From: Scyliorhinus canicula
Taxonomy: Eukaryota
Direction: 5' to 3'
Assembly: GCF_902713615.1 (NCBI RefSeq)
Contig: NC_052158.1
Coordinates: 41,097,729 to 41,161,728 of the forward strand
Length of the DNA stretch: 64,000 bases
Below the pieces are notes generated by a model. It was given only the letters and a program-made list of their open reading frames with translations, had not been told where the DNA came from and ran no database searches. This document shows, piece after piece, positions 22,217 through 35,258 of the stretch. A program made the position numbers and the translations under genes. Position 1 is the stretch's first letter, and each line of letters begins with the position of its first letter.

Positions 22217-24635
22217 AACATAAGACATAGAAGCAAAATTAAGCCATTCAACCCATCGAGTCTGCTCCGCCATTCAATCATGGCTGATATGTTTCTCATC
22301 TCCATTCTACTGCCTTCTGCCCATAACCACTGATCCCCTTATTAATCAAGAACCTGTCTATCTCTGTCTTAAAGACACTCAGTGATTTGGCCTCCACAGT
22401 GCTTTGCCGCAATGAGTTCCACAGATTCACCATCCTCTGGAAGAAATTCCTCCTCATCTCAGTTTTAAAGGATCGTCCCTTCAGTCTGACTCTGTGCTCT
22501 CTGCTTCTAGTTTTTCCTACTGGTGAAACATCCTCTCCATGTCCACTCTATCCAGGCCTCACAGTATCCTGTAAGTTTCAATAAGATCCCCTCATCCTTC
22601 TAAACTCCAACGAGTACAGACCCAGAATCCTCAACTGTTCCTCACATGACAAGCTCTTAATTCCAGGGATCACTCTTGTGAACCTCCTCTGGACTTTTTC
22701 CAAGGCCAGCACATCCTTCCTTTGATACAGGCCCCAAATTTGCTTACAATACTTCAAATGGGGTCTGGCTGGAGCCTTATACAGCCTCAGAAGTATATCC
22801 CTGCTCTTGTATTCTAGCCCTCTCGACACAAATGCTAACATTGCATTTGTCTTCCTAACTGCTGACTGAACCTGCACGTTAACCTAACAGAATCTTGAAC
22901 TAGGATGCCCAAGTCCCTCTGGCTTCTGATTTTCTAAGCATTTCCCCATTTAGAAAAGTCTATGCTTCCATTCCTCCTTCCAAAGTGCATAACCTCACAC
23001 TTTTCCACATTGTATTCCATCTGCAATTAGGATGAGGTGCTGTTCCTCAGTACCTCCAGGAACAAACAGAACTAATCTTCTGATTAGACACCAAAACAGC
23101 CTTCCGGACTTAACATTGCCTTCAACAGTTTCAGACTGTGAACTCTCTCCTCCACCTTCACATTATTTTTATTTCTATCAATTTATTTTCATTTCTTCCA
23201 TTGATCTGTTTTTCCCTCACCATTGTTCCCCCTCCCCCTCCCCTCATTCCATTTGGGCCATCTGTTCTTCGTTGCCCTTTGACACACTGCTCACTTCTGT
23301 TCTGCCATTCACATAATCTAATCTCTTTATGTGCCACTATCTGCACCCTACTTAGCCTTAACCAACACTATTTACGTTCCATTTGTCTTTCTGTACTCAA
23401 CACCTTTATCAGTCTCCGCCAATTGCTGGCCTCCCACCCCACAACAGTGTAAATCTGATCTTATTTCCAGTTCTCTAGCTTTGACAAAGATTCATCCGGA
23501 CTTGGAACATTAGCTCCCTTCTCGCTCCACAAATGCTGTCAGATCTGATCTGCTGCTAGAATACCTGCCCAGTATTTTCTGTTTTTGAATCACAAAAATA
23601 TACTATTACAGCAAATAATTAAGAAGGCAATTTGAACGTTGGACTTTTTCACAAGACAGGTAGAGTGCAAAAGTTGCAAAGTCTTTCTGCAACCAAGTAA
23701 GACATTGGTGAGACCACATCTAGAGTACTGAGTAGAGTTTGGGTCTTCTTCATTAAACATTGGAAGCAGTTCAGAGAAGGTTCGCCAGGCTGATTCCTCG
23801 GATGAAGGGGGCTTGTTTTACAAGGACAGGTTGAGAAGGTCGGGTCGACACTCATTGGAGTTTCAAAGAATGAGAAGTGATCTTATTGAAATATTTAAGG
23901 TTCTGAGGGAACTTGACAAGGAAGCTGCTGAGAGGATGTTTCCCATTGTGGGAAAGTCTAGAAATAGGGAGCACAGTTTGAAAATAAGGGCCCCATTTAA
24001 GGTTTGGGATGGGGAAGAATGTCTTCTCTCAAATGGTCATTAATCTTTGGGATTCTCTTCTATACAGAGCAGTGAAGTCTGGGTTATTGAGCATCTTCAA
24101 TGCTTAGTGAGACAGATTTTTGATCTTCAAGGAAGTCAAGGGTTATGGGTGGGAGCCAGGCAGAAAAGTGGAGTTAATGTCACATTAGATCAACTATTGA
24201 ATGGCAGAGTATGCTCATGGGGCCCAATAGTCTATTCCTGCTCTTATTTGTTAGGGTCTTATTTGCACCGGAGCAGTATTCAAGTATAAGAGACAAATTC
24301 ATTGAAGCATCAGGAGTCTGAAGGGGCTTGACAGTGTAGGCATTGAGAAATTGTTTCCCCTGGCTGGAGAAACTAGAACATTGGCAAGAAGGGTGAGACA
24401 TATTCTCAGTATAAGGGGATGTTCATTGGAATGCTCTACCCCAGAAAGTTATGGATGTTTCATCATTTAATACATTTAAGGATTGAATAGATAGATTTGT
24501 GGTCCCTTAGGAAATCAAAGGGATACGGTGAGAAGGTTGGAAAGTGGAGTTTAAGCCCATGATTATATTGATAGGTGGAGCAAGCTTGACAGGTCATATT
24601 GTCAACTCCACGTTCCTATTTCTGATGCTCTTATG
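22217..24635. mobile_element. Cluster of old CR1 3' fragments (minus 22217-23030, plus 23600-24635) and a Penelope-like remnant (about 23060-23590)
   Basis: ORF 22578-22877 (QSAVRKTNAMLAF, LEKVQRRFTRVIPG); degenerate LINE tails. Confidence 0.65.
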
Positions 24636-24665
24636 TTTACGTTGTTCCATCGTCATTTTTCCCAG

Positions 24666-24734
24666 AATGTACCACAAGCAGGGGAAAAAATATAGTCCAG
24701 GAGAAGGTTCTCCAGAACTATCACATCTCAGTGG
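24666..24734 (+). CDS. Probable first cytoplasmic exon of the class I-like gene
   Basis: TTTTTCCCAG acceptor and GTAAC donor at 24735. 69 bp, phase 1-1, open in the required frame (ECTTSRGKNIVQEKVLQNYHISV). Predicted only; no transcript evidence. Confidence 0.6.
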
Positions 24735-24960
24735 GTAACATGTAGTTAAAAAATGTTTGCAGTTAAAACGTTTTACTCTTGTCCATAGTAACAGATGAAA
24801 CAGGAAACCGACAGCAACCATTCCATAGGAATTTTGGTAAAGAACATCAAATCGGTGAGAATCCAAGTTTTATAAAATCCTGTTTAAATTATTAGCCTAT
24901 TAATGTCCACATTTAGACTTTTCCCAAATATCGTAAAGTTGACTTTAATATTTTCATTAG

Positions 24961-25289
24961 ATTTAGCACAACCATTTCTGAAGGCCGGCCTCCCTCGCCA
25001 TCACCCGGAAACCAGGAATGATAATGTGGAACAGGAGCTGAGTGACTTCTATCCTCAGCTCAAACCGGGGTCTTTTCAGACAGGGTCACAACCCGGAGCA
25101 CATTACCCAGTGGAAGGTAGCAAAACCAGAGCTGAACAGGACAAGAGTTCAGTCCAAACAGACACTTCAAATCCTGCAAACAATGTTTCTGATGTAAATA
25201 CAGTAAAATGTGATGTGGATAACGACACAGCAGAACGCTTAATTAACTGTGAGGAAGGGGAGACAACACAGAGTTTGCTGAGACACTGA
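24961..25289 (+). CDS. Probable terminal cytoplasmic exon of the class I-like gene (109 aa and stop)
   Basis: TTTTCATTAG acceptor in phase 1 exactly in frame with ORF 24903-25289 (DLAQPF...QSLLRH*). Unique, non-TE sequence. Confidence 0.7.
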
Positions 25290-25519
25290 TCACATTGTAA
25301 AATGGAAATAACCCACTGTTAGAAAAAATCTAATCAAAGCCCAGGAGACTGGAAGAACTGTCAATAATTGCAAAGCACATGGGAATTAAAATAGAGGATG
25401 ACAAGCTTTCATAAGTCCCAAAAACATATTAAAAGAGAAAACATCAACCAATTCATGCAGAATTGGAAAATATGTTATTTGTCAAATGTCATGTAATTCA
25501 ACTACCAATATTCATTCCA

Positions 25520-26095
25520 AGCCCACTGACTCGCACAGCTACTTCAACTACAACTCCTCATACCCTGCTTCCGATAAGGACTCCATCCTACTGTCCCAAT
25601 TTCTCCACCACCTTCACATCTGTTACGAGTGTGCTACCTTCTGTGACAAGTGCTCCTGAAAAGCCTTTTTCCTGAGCTGTGGTTTACCCTCCCAACCGAC
25701 TGTGATTACCAGGGCACGCAACTGTATCCAAACTATTTGCTGCACTTCTGTCCTTAACTCTTCCCCTCCCTCCCAGAACCATGGTATGTGAATAAATGCC
25801 GCTACTAACATCTGCTATAGTCTTTGACACTGTCATTTCCAATCTCTTTGTGTTGTGTCCATGACTTCTTTGTCATTTCACCTCTCTGGGGTTCCAACCT
25901 ATCCCAGACTCTCTAATTTGCTCCACCTGCTCCACCCCCTCTTTGCAGCAGCATAAAACTCATCACATTTCTCCCTCTCTACAGTTCTGAAGAAGTAATG
26001 TGGTTCACCTTGTTTTCTCTCTCCACAGGCGCTGCTAGACTTGTTGAGTTTTTCCAACATTTCCTGTTGTGATTACAATTTTCCAGCATCCACAA
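25520..26095 (+). mobile_element. Penelope-like retroelement remnant
   Basis: Reads YNSSYPASDKDSILLSQFLHHLHIC, resembling the Penelope RT C-terminal HPxSxKxSIPxSQFLRLRRIC motif. Followed by a CCACAG..GCTGC..GAC.TG.TGAG.TTTTCCA.CATTT terminus also seen at about 16730 and 23530. Confidence 0.6.
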
Positions 26096-29000
26096 TATTT
26101 TGCTTTTATGTCACTTCAGGAAAAATCATTGGCAAAATAACTAGGACTGGCAATTGCACAGTAATGAGGCACAGCATTAAAGGTGATAAATTGAGTCTGA
26201 TGTAACATTTGAAGGAAGGAAACAGTTTTGATGATTATTACCATATATACAATGCAATGTGCCATTTTAAAAAAAGACTTGAGTTTCTGAACAAGTAAAC
26301 ACAGAAATCAAATGTAAACAAGTCTTTTCTAGTTATATCATTGAATATATTGAGAATTAGGAAGATGCACTCAGTCACAAATACATTTGCCAGCTACATA
26401 GCCCCCTCTCAATAACCACTGATCAAACCACCCTCCCATGGCGCCTTAACAATAACCTCTGGAAGGAGTACCCACTTTAGGAGTGGCTAACCTGGTAATC
26501 ATTTTTTAAAGTTTTTTTGTTAAAAAAATACTTAAGTTTTACCTTTTGTCCTTTTTAATGGGAGGAATGAACTGGAAAGTTGATTCTCATCTTGGATACA
26601 CACACATCTCTCTCCCTCACACACTCACTCATACACTCACCCCTCTCTCCCTCATCAGCTCACTTCTCAAACACTACTCCAAGGCCAGCCCATCTGCTCC
26701 AAGGACTATCCATTTGCTCGCTCCAAGAACCGGCTGCTAGGCCAGACCGCTCACTGCGAAGCTGGCCCATCCACTCTGAGGCCAGCCTTCTCCAAGGACT
26801 GCGAGGCTCACTCACTGCAAGGTTGGCCTGCCCATTCTGAGGACCCATAGCATCACCTCTCCCCCACGCAACTTTCATTGTTGACTGCGGGCGTTTCTGC
26901 CCAGCAACAGCAAGATCGAAGAAATCAAATGGGCCAATCAGAGAAAGGCCTCTTGGAGCATCCAGTTCTACAAAAGGCCTTAATCTGATCGTCCTATTTG
27001 CTCCAATTATTCTTTTAAAACTTTGCACGATCGGACCGGCGTTTGCCCGTCACTTGGCAGCTACCAGTTTCAGGGATCACCTAGAAAGCCTTCACGGAAG
27101 ACCCCAGTTTGGGAACTCCTGCTCTGAAGGATGGTATGGCAGCACAGTGGTTAGCACTGCTGCCTCACAGTGCCAGGGACCCGGGTTCAATTTCAACCAT
27201 GAGTGACTACCTTTGTGGAGTTTGTACATTCTCCCCGAGTCTGCATGGGTTTCTCCTGGGTGCTCTGGTTTCCTCCCACAATCCAAAGGTAAGCAAGGTT
27301 AGGTGGATTGGCCATGCTACATTGCCCTTAGGTAGGTGGCGTTACCAGGATAGGGATGGGGAATGTAATGATATGTCGACAGACATGTATTTTAAGAGTT
27401 AGTCACAACACCTAGCTGTGGCACTACAACTAGAGGGATTTATAAGACCCACGATATAACTCAGCTTCCAGAAGGCCAACTCTCTTTCCATGTAGGAGTT
27501 ACCAGATAGCAGTGTAGCAGAGTAAGATCACAGATTAGACACCAGGTGTAGCTTAGATACAGTTTGTACAGTTATTTATCCTTACTTTATTGCTAGAGTT
27601 CCTAGAATTTACAGTGCAGAAGGAGGCCATTTGGCCCATCAAGTCTGCACCGGCCCTCTCCGGCCCTTGGAAAGAGCACCCTATTTAAGTCCACACCTCC
27701 ACCCCATCCCCCTAACCTAACCTTACTGGACACCAAGGACAATTTAGCATGGCCAACCCACACATCTTTGAACTGTGGGAGGAAACCGGAGCGCCCGGAG
27801 GAAACCCACACAGACACGAGGAGAAAGCACAGACAGTTAGTTCAGTGGAGTGTCAAACTCATTTATTAGTTTTATCGTTACTTAATAAATTCTTTAAGCT
27901 GACTTCGAAGACTCAAGTGTTCAACATCATCTACAGTTAGTAACGACATATATTACTTAAACCAAGTAATATAACATGGCACCACGAGTGGCTACTGAAT
28001 CTACCTAGTTAAATTTAGTGAGTACAGAGAGACGAATTGACAGCTATTTGACAACAGAGGCATCGCCTTCGAAACAAAGCTTCACTGATTCCAGGCACAA
28101 TGGACAGAACACAAGCTCCTCATCACCTCAGGATCACTGGTAACTTTAATGTTGTATCTGTTATAAAATAACTTTGAGCTCAATCCTGCAATTTTGCTGC
28201 ATGAAAAGACTCGATGATTAGAGACCAGATAGTATTTGGAATAGACGGTGAATACCTGAGAGAGATTACTTCGGCAAAAGGATTTGGCCCTTGAAATAGC
28301 TATTGAAACATATTTGGTGCATAAACAGTCCAAAAATCGATACTTGCAATATAAACTCAGTAAAAGTGGCCCAAAACCCTCCATGAGGTCGAGTGTATCC
28401 AGGCAGCATCGCAAATGAAGAGGCTCCATGTTTCCGACGACAACCATCTTGCACGCGCGCACTTGGGCCCTGCAAATGCGCAGTTCACAAGAAAGTGCGA
28501 GACAGCCAAGAACCGTACCGCGCATGCATAGAATGTCATGACGTTGTCGCGATGACGTGCACGAGGTGTGGAAGCGCCCACTTCCGAAAACAATGCCCTG
28601 CAAAATGCAAACAACGGGTGGGATTCTCTATAAATGGGGCTATGTCCTCACGCCGGTGTGAAAACCGGCGCCAACAACTCCTGCGTCAATGGCCCCCGAA
28701 AGTGAGGAATTCTCACCTTTCTAGGAGGCTAGGTTGCCGCCGGAGTCGTCCCCACAGCTCCAGCCGGCGGGTAACAGCCTGCGCGAGTCCGCGCATGCAC
28801 GGAACGGCCAGCGTATTTCCACACATGCGCAGGTTCCCTTCCACGGCAGGAAGGTTCCCTTCCACGGCAATATGGCGGAGTAAAGTAGGCCCCACGGAAC
28901 CAGCTGATCGGTAAGCCTCAATCGCGGACCAGGCCACCGTACCCACCCCCCACCCGGGGTCGGATCCCCCGCACCCCCCTCCTGGACGGCCCCCGCACAC

Positions 29001-30784
29001 TTACCTTCCAGGTCCCGCCATGTGGGAGGTGAGTAATCCATGCTGGCGGGACTCGGTCAAACTCGTCAGCCACTCAGCCCATCGAGGCCCTGAGAATCGC
29101 CGGGGGGGGGCCGCTGTCAATGGCCCCCGACCGGCGTGGCGGTGATCCCACCAGCGCCCGAAAAACGGCACCGGAGAATGGTGCCACCCACGTCGGGGCG
29201 CGAGATTCTCCGACCCGCTGCTGGGTCAGAGAATCCTGGCCAATGTCTCCAATGTGGGAGACTGATCCACTATGCTGCACAGTGCAGATCTGCACTTCCT
29301 TTTAAAACGTAGACAAAAAATTTAAAGCAGAGTAACATTGGAAGTGTTCAACTGAAAACATATGAGGCTGATCAAGATAGTGATCTTGAAGATGATTGCC
29401 TGGATAAAGCATTCCAAGTTGGAATAATTTATCAGTTTGTAAACTCCACAGAAAATACATCGCTTACAAAATCAATCCATACCATTGATTCTGACGCTGA
29501 ATGGAACAGTGTTAGATGTAAATAGATGCCCTATTAAATTCAAACTGCCTGCAGTTGCCTCCGCTAATCTGCTTCGAAGCTCGACTTCACGAAGCTCGAG
29601 CAAGCTCCCAAACTCCTTCCAGCTGCCTGCAAACTTCAGAACTACAATGGCAACGTAATCTCGTCATTGGGGTCATGCCATTTAGTAGTGTCCAACAAGA
29701 GACGAGTCTGAGATTTGAAATAATCCGATCAGGCATGTCGTCGCTCTTAGGTGGGAAAGCCTGCAAACAGTTGAACCTTATTCAAAGGATTTACATATTG
29801 ACGTCATCTCATTAAGTTCTTCAGATCAGAATTGAAGGAATACTGGATCAATACCCAGATATCTTCAGGGGAATGGGCACACTTCCATTTGAATACAAAA
29901 TTCTGCTGCGTGCTGATGCAAAACCAACAGTTCAAGGAGAGTTCCTGCTTCACTGAGGGAAAGGTTAAAATTAGAACGCACAAGTATACAGGAGAAAGGC
30001 ATCATCTCCAAATGAACCGACTGATTGGGTCAGTTTGATGGTGTGCCTACGGGTGATTTCAGAATTTGTATCAACCCCAAGGATCTAAACCCGAAACATC
30101 ATGCGGGAACACTACCCGATCCCAAAAAGAGAAGAGATTACAAGCAAGGTGGCACACACGCACATCTTCACCAAACTAGATGCATCCCAAGGATTCTGGC
30201 AAATACAACTAGAAGAATCCAGCAGAATCCTGCACTTTCAATACACCTTTTGGCAGATATTGTTACAATCGAATGCCAGTGGAATCATCTCGGCGTCTGA
30301 AATATTCCACCGCATCATGGAACATATGATCAAAGAAATAGACAGATTTTGTGTCTATGTGGATGATATCATCTGGTCTTCGACTCCAGAGGAAAATGTG
30401 TCGAGACTGCAGAGAGTCTTCAAACGCATACACAAGCATGGTCTCAAGCTAACAAATCCAAATGCAGGTGACCAGATGTCGGAACACGGTGCGAGACCGG
30501 ACACAGACAAGATAAAAGCGATTGAAGCAATGAAAGTCCCTGAGGACAAGAAAGCAGTTCTACGCTTCCTTGGTATGGCACATTTTTGAGGCAAATTTAT
30601 CCTGAATTTGGCCAACCACACAACAACTCTAAGAAAGTTAATCAAGAAATCAACCTCGTTGACTATTACTCAAATTACCCTGAGGTATTGAAGCTGTCAG
30701 ACCTCACCTCGAAGACCGTGATCAGAGCATGCAGGGAAACTTTCTCTCATCATGGCATACCGAATACTGTTATGACTGACAAAC

Positions 30785-33667
30785 TAGGGGGAGGGCAACG
30801 CTGAGCAAGGCACTTGCACCACCATTCCGCACACACGCACCACCCAGCACCCCCCCCCCTCCACCTCCCGCACCAACCGACAACCGTAGCGCCCACTACC
30901 ACTTTCACAGCAACTTACACCTGCGGCACAACAGGATGGTATCACACAGTTGCTTGTGTAAGCGGGTGTGATCAGTGCCATGTTGAGTGATGACAACCTG
31001 TTCTGCAATGAGATGTGAGCTCCGGATCGTTAGACAATGTCTGACTCATGATCATAACTAAAACCGCCACCTCGGTTGTCCCTGTATGCTTCACGGACAT
31101 TCCATCACATGCCCATGTAGGGTAGCTGGCATCAGTGTGCCGAGGACGAAGGGGTTTGGGGGGAGGGGGGAGGGAACACACACCCAGCATCACCATTGCA
31201 GCGAACTTCGACCCCAGCGCCACTCGGTGCCCCTCATGACCCCTCAGGCACCGGACATAGCACAGAGTCATCTAGGTTTTGTGCAACAGTGACTTTATTC
31301 GTGACATTCACAGACAAGTGCCCTAGACCCTAGAACTAAGCTGTGCCCTGCACCATGCCAACTTACTACGTGTCTAACTTCTTTGCCTTACGGGCCCTAC
31401 CACTACGCCTTGGTGTTTCCCCAGACGGCACTGCAGGAGTGGAGGCGGACTGCTGAGACTCCTACCCTGCGACGTGGCTCCCCGTCGGCGCGTTTTTCCT
31501 GGGCGGCCCGGCTTCGATGAGGCAGGCTGCTCAGCAGGCGTGCTGGGTGGTTTGGTGCAACCTGTCCTGCCCCCCGCCACCAGATGCACCAGGGACGGTA
31601 CCGGGGGTGGGGGTGGGGAGGGGGGTGGGGGAGTGGAGACAAGCGCTGTTGCACCACCGACACATGGCGCTGCCAGTCCTGGAAGCCGGCTGCGACATCG
31701 ATCAGGGTCTGAACGTTCGCAGCGACGGAGTTCAGGGAGTGCGACATCCCTGTCATGGACTGTGCAACCACCCGTTGTGATTGTACGGCGCCATCCAGCA
31801 CATGCGCAAGGCAGCCGATGCTCTCAGCGATGGCCTGCTGAGACAGGGCCAGAGTCCGGAGCCCGGCAGCAATGTCCAGTTGGCTCTGGCACATGGCTGC
31901 CTGAGAGAGGGCAGCCCTCTCCAGGGCCACGGATGACGCTTGCAGAACCTGACCCATGGCCGAAACCGTTGCCCCCATTGCCTCCACCTCAGACAGCACC
32001 CATGCGGTGTCAGCCTGGGTGGCAGCCATGACTGGCACCACTCCCTGCTCCTGGATGCGGATGGACTTCTCCAACTCTGCAGATGCTGGAAGACGGCCGT
32101 CATCCCGTTGTCCACTCCCTGGGTTTCCAAAGGTCTGTGGGTGGGTCTGGTCAATCCAGGCACCCGGGAACCATCTGGGCGGCACTGGGTGCTGGGCCTG
32201 GCCTGACCTCCGACTGTCCAGCCCCTCGGTTGCTGATACCTCCACCTGCTGTACTGGTTCGGCTGTGTGGTACGCGCCAGTCAGTGACCCAGAAGCCTCA
32301 TCACTAAAATTGCCAACCGAGGTGAGTGTATCTGCAAGGGTGGATGTTGTGGCTGATAACAGTGATGCAAACTCGAGGTCCTCATCTGTTCCCATGTCTG
32401 GGGTCTCCTGGGTCAATCCTTGGACCGATGCACGTAGTCCGTGGCCCGTGTTAGGTGCCGTATCCGGTCCGTCCATCATCTGTCTGGCCGTCCTCTGTGC
32501 ATCACGGTCCAGAGTCCCCGTCCTCTCTCCATCACTGTCCTAACCCACAGCCTTCTCGTCCGTCTCACGGCCATCAGTGTCCTGACTGTCCGTCTTGTGT
32601 TCATCAGTGTTGTCTCTGTCTGTCCTCTGTACATCCCCCTCCAGTGCCCCGGCCTCAGAAGAGGGTCCTCCTGTCCGTCTTCCTTCCCCTCTCTGCCGTG
32701 CGACCCTGTGGCCAGATGAGCTTGGAGCTGGACGGCGGGTGCTTGTCCAAGACTTCCCTGGACTATCGGCTCCTGGTCCTGGAGAACACAATAAGGCATG
32801 TATCGTTAGATACGCGGAGTCGGGTGTGAGGGGGCTGTGTGAGGGGGTGGAGTGTGAGGGGGGATTAGGGAGTGGAGGGATATGTGTCAGGGTATGGTTG
32901 AGGGGAGAGGTTTGGGGGCACAGGTAGGGAGTGCAGTGTGAGGGGGGGGAAGCATTACAGTCAGCATCAAGACGCGCAGATGTTGGCAACATTATGACTG
33001 GGTGGGGGACACTGGGCACCACGCCATGGCAGCTCTCAAGGGGGGGGTGTTGCCCATGTGGGTCGGATGCAATGTGATGCCCCCCCCCCCTCCTGCGTAG
33101 GCAGGGGTTCCAGCGAAATGTGGTGGGGGGGGGGGGGGGGGGAGGGAGGGGTGGGGTGTGGCCCAGGGGAACTCTTGGGGTACTTACCTGGCAGTCCTCG
33201 TGAGGTTGTGCAGCTTCTACCGGCACTGGTCTCCAGAGTGGGGTGTGTGCCCCACAGCGCCAACCGTAGTGTCCACTTCACGCCAGCCACGCTTCACAGT
33301 GCTAGACGGGTGCCAGTGCCCATCTCTTGGGCACAGGATGGCCCTGCGCTCTTCTACTGCGTCTAATAGAGTCTCTAGATCACTGTCCAGGAACCTGGGA
33401 GCGGCACGGCGGGCCTCAGCCATCTCTATCCTTCGGGTCCTGTGCACGGATCACGCACTTTAAATTACACGGCGCGGCGTCAGCCGGGCGTTGCGCAATG
33501 ATGCCGCTGCTGTGGCACCACGCCCACAGCATTTCTCACAGCCCCGCTGTTGGCTCCTTTTCGGGGCCTGAATCGATCGTGCCCGCGGCCGTTTCGTGCC
33601 GTCATGAAACACAACGGCGTTCACCACGGCGCGGACACTCTGCCAAAAATATCAGACAATCCCGTTG
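30785..33667 (-). mobile_element. Harbinger derivative carrying a spliced Myb/SANT-like pseudogene
   Basis: Exon 1 at 33423-33188 (MAEARRAAPRFLDSDLETLLDAVEERR...WREV...QCR*KLHNL, premature TAG) with GTAAGT donor; acceptor near 32779. Coiled-coil C-terminal ORF 31403-32479; homologous to the minus-strand gene at 11900-16263. Confidence 0.82.
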
Positions 33668-33816
33668 ATCATGTTCTTACCTTTTAATATTGTTATCCAT
33701 TTTTCCTTGCTACCAAGTAAGAAATGTAAAATAAAAAGCGGGGGAGGCGGGGGGATGTAATGATATGTAGATAGACAAGTAACTAAAGGGTTAATCACAA
33801 CACCTAGCTGTGGCAC

Positions 33817-34750
33817 TGTTGCTCGTTCTGGGAGAGTGTGCTCAACACTCGATTTGGCTCTGTTTCGTTCGTTGGCTTTGGAGTCGCCAGGTATCGTTAA
33901 GATACCGCCACAAGTTTCAAGGTCAAGTTCAAAGCAATAAAACCAGACACCAATTAGTAAGTTCAAACAAATGAGTTTATTATAATACAATTATAAACTA
34001 CTCATGCACATGCTAAGATGACTAAACTATTCCTACCACTAAATAGACCAATACTTATCTGAATAAGGACCTGCCGGATCAGGGGACAAGGCCTCTTGCT
34101 CTGCACTGGGTCCGCAGACTTCAGGTTGGTACGGGTTAAAAGGGGTCAGGAGTCTATCTCTGGTAGCGATCGTTGTGAGACACTTACTTGCTGGCGGCTG
34201 CTGTCCGAACCTGTCCTCTCTCTCGGTCAAGGTCTTCTTCGGTGAAGGCTGGTCGAGAGGGCTGGTCAAGAGAGGAGGGCTGGTCAAGAGGAAGAAACTG
34301 AGTTTGGGACCTGTCTTTTATAGGTCCCAGGGCTTCATGCCCTTTTGGGCGGACCCTCTATCTGCTGGGGATTGATTGGGTCTCTTCCCAATCGATTTGT
34401 TTGAATCCCCCCCAATACTGAGGCTGTCCCTCGGCTACTGGGCGGGCTTTCAGGTGCTTTGTCTTCGAACCCCGCTGGTGCCGGGGTGTCTGGTTTCCCA
34501 TACACTGTTGCAATCACTTCCCTATTTGTGTCCATTGTCTCTGGGATTGTTCCATTACTATGCTAACTGTCCCGGAAATTGCCTCATTAGTATGCGGAAT
34601 GTTCGTTTCAGTGCTGTCTGCACTCTTAGCAGACAGAATACACAGTGGCTTGTTGCAGCCTGCTTGTGCTGCAAACTTTGTCCATTTTACCCTGCAAGCT
34701 TTGCATACCTCCATTTTATATTGAGGGAATGGCCAACTTCGGTGGCTACA
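33817..34750. mobile_element. Solo LTR inserted into the 3' LTR of the 27364-35075 element
   Basis: Perfect 5-bp TSD GGCAC (33812-33816 and 34751-34755); absent from the 5' LTR. Confidence 0.92.
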
Positions 34751-35258
34751 GGCACTACCACCAGAGGGCATTACAAGACCCACTATATAACTGAGCTCCC
34801 AGAGCTCTAGCTCTCTTTCCATGCAGGAGTTACCTGATAGCAGCAGTGTGGCAGAGTAAGATCACAGCCTAGACACCACGTGTAGCTTAGATACAATTTA
34901 TACAGTTATTTATCCGTACTTTATTGCTAAAGTTCGTTCAGTGGAGTATCAAATTCATTAATTAGTTTAATCATTACTTAATAAATTCTTTCAGTTTACT
35001 TCGAAGACTCAAGTGTTCTTCAATATCATCAACAGTTAGTAACAAAATATATTACTGAAACCAAGTAATATAACAGGGAGTGGGCCTCGTTAGAGTGCTC
35101 TTTCAGAGGGTCGGTGAAGACTTGATGGGTGGAATGGCCTCCTTCTGCACTGTAGGAATTCTGCGGCTTCTATAATACCTCAAAATATTGAGATTCAGAT
35201 ATTATTTGGTAATTAAACAGAAACCTGGGGAAGTGGTACAGAAAGAGCAAGAGACATT

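Larger units (their letters stand above)
27364..35075 (+). mobile_element. Gypsy LTR retrotransposon, heavily deleted, with nested SINE, MITE, Harbinger and solo LTR
   Basis: LTRs 27364-27976 and 33756-35075 (TGTAATG...TAACA). TGGCACCACGAG PBS-like sequence at 27977; PPT before 33756; TSD GGGAA/GGGAG. RT fragments FTKLDASQGFWQ, YVDDI and LRFLGM. Nested: minus-strand SINE at about 27601-27835 and a MITE at about 28618-29239. Confidence 0.88.
27121..35165 (+). mobile_element. HE1-like SINE split into 27121-27363 and 35076-35165 by a Gypsy insertion
   Basis: The head and A/B boxes stop at the LTR; the SINE body (GGGAGTGGGCCT...GCACTGTAGG) resumes after the 3' LTR. Confidence 0.85.

Noticed and set aside
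24961-25289. ITIM or ITAM in the cytoplasmic tail
   Set aside because: DFYPQL and QNYHIS do not fit (S/I/V/L)xYxx(I/L/V), and tyrosine spacing does not fit an ITAM; only YxxPhi is supported.
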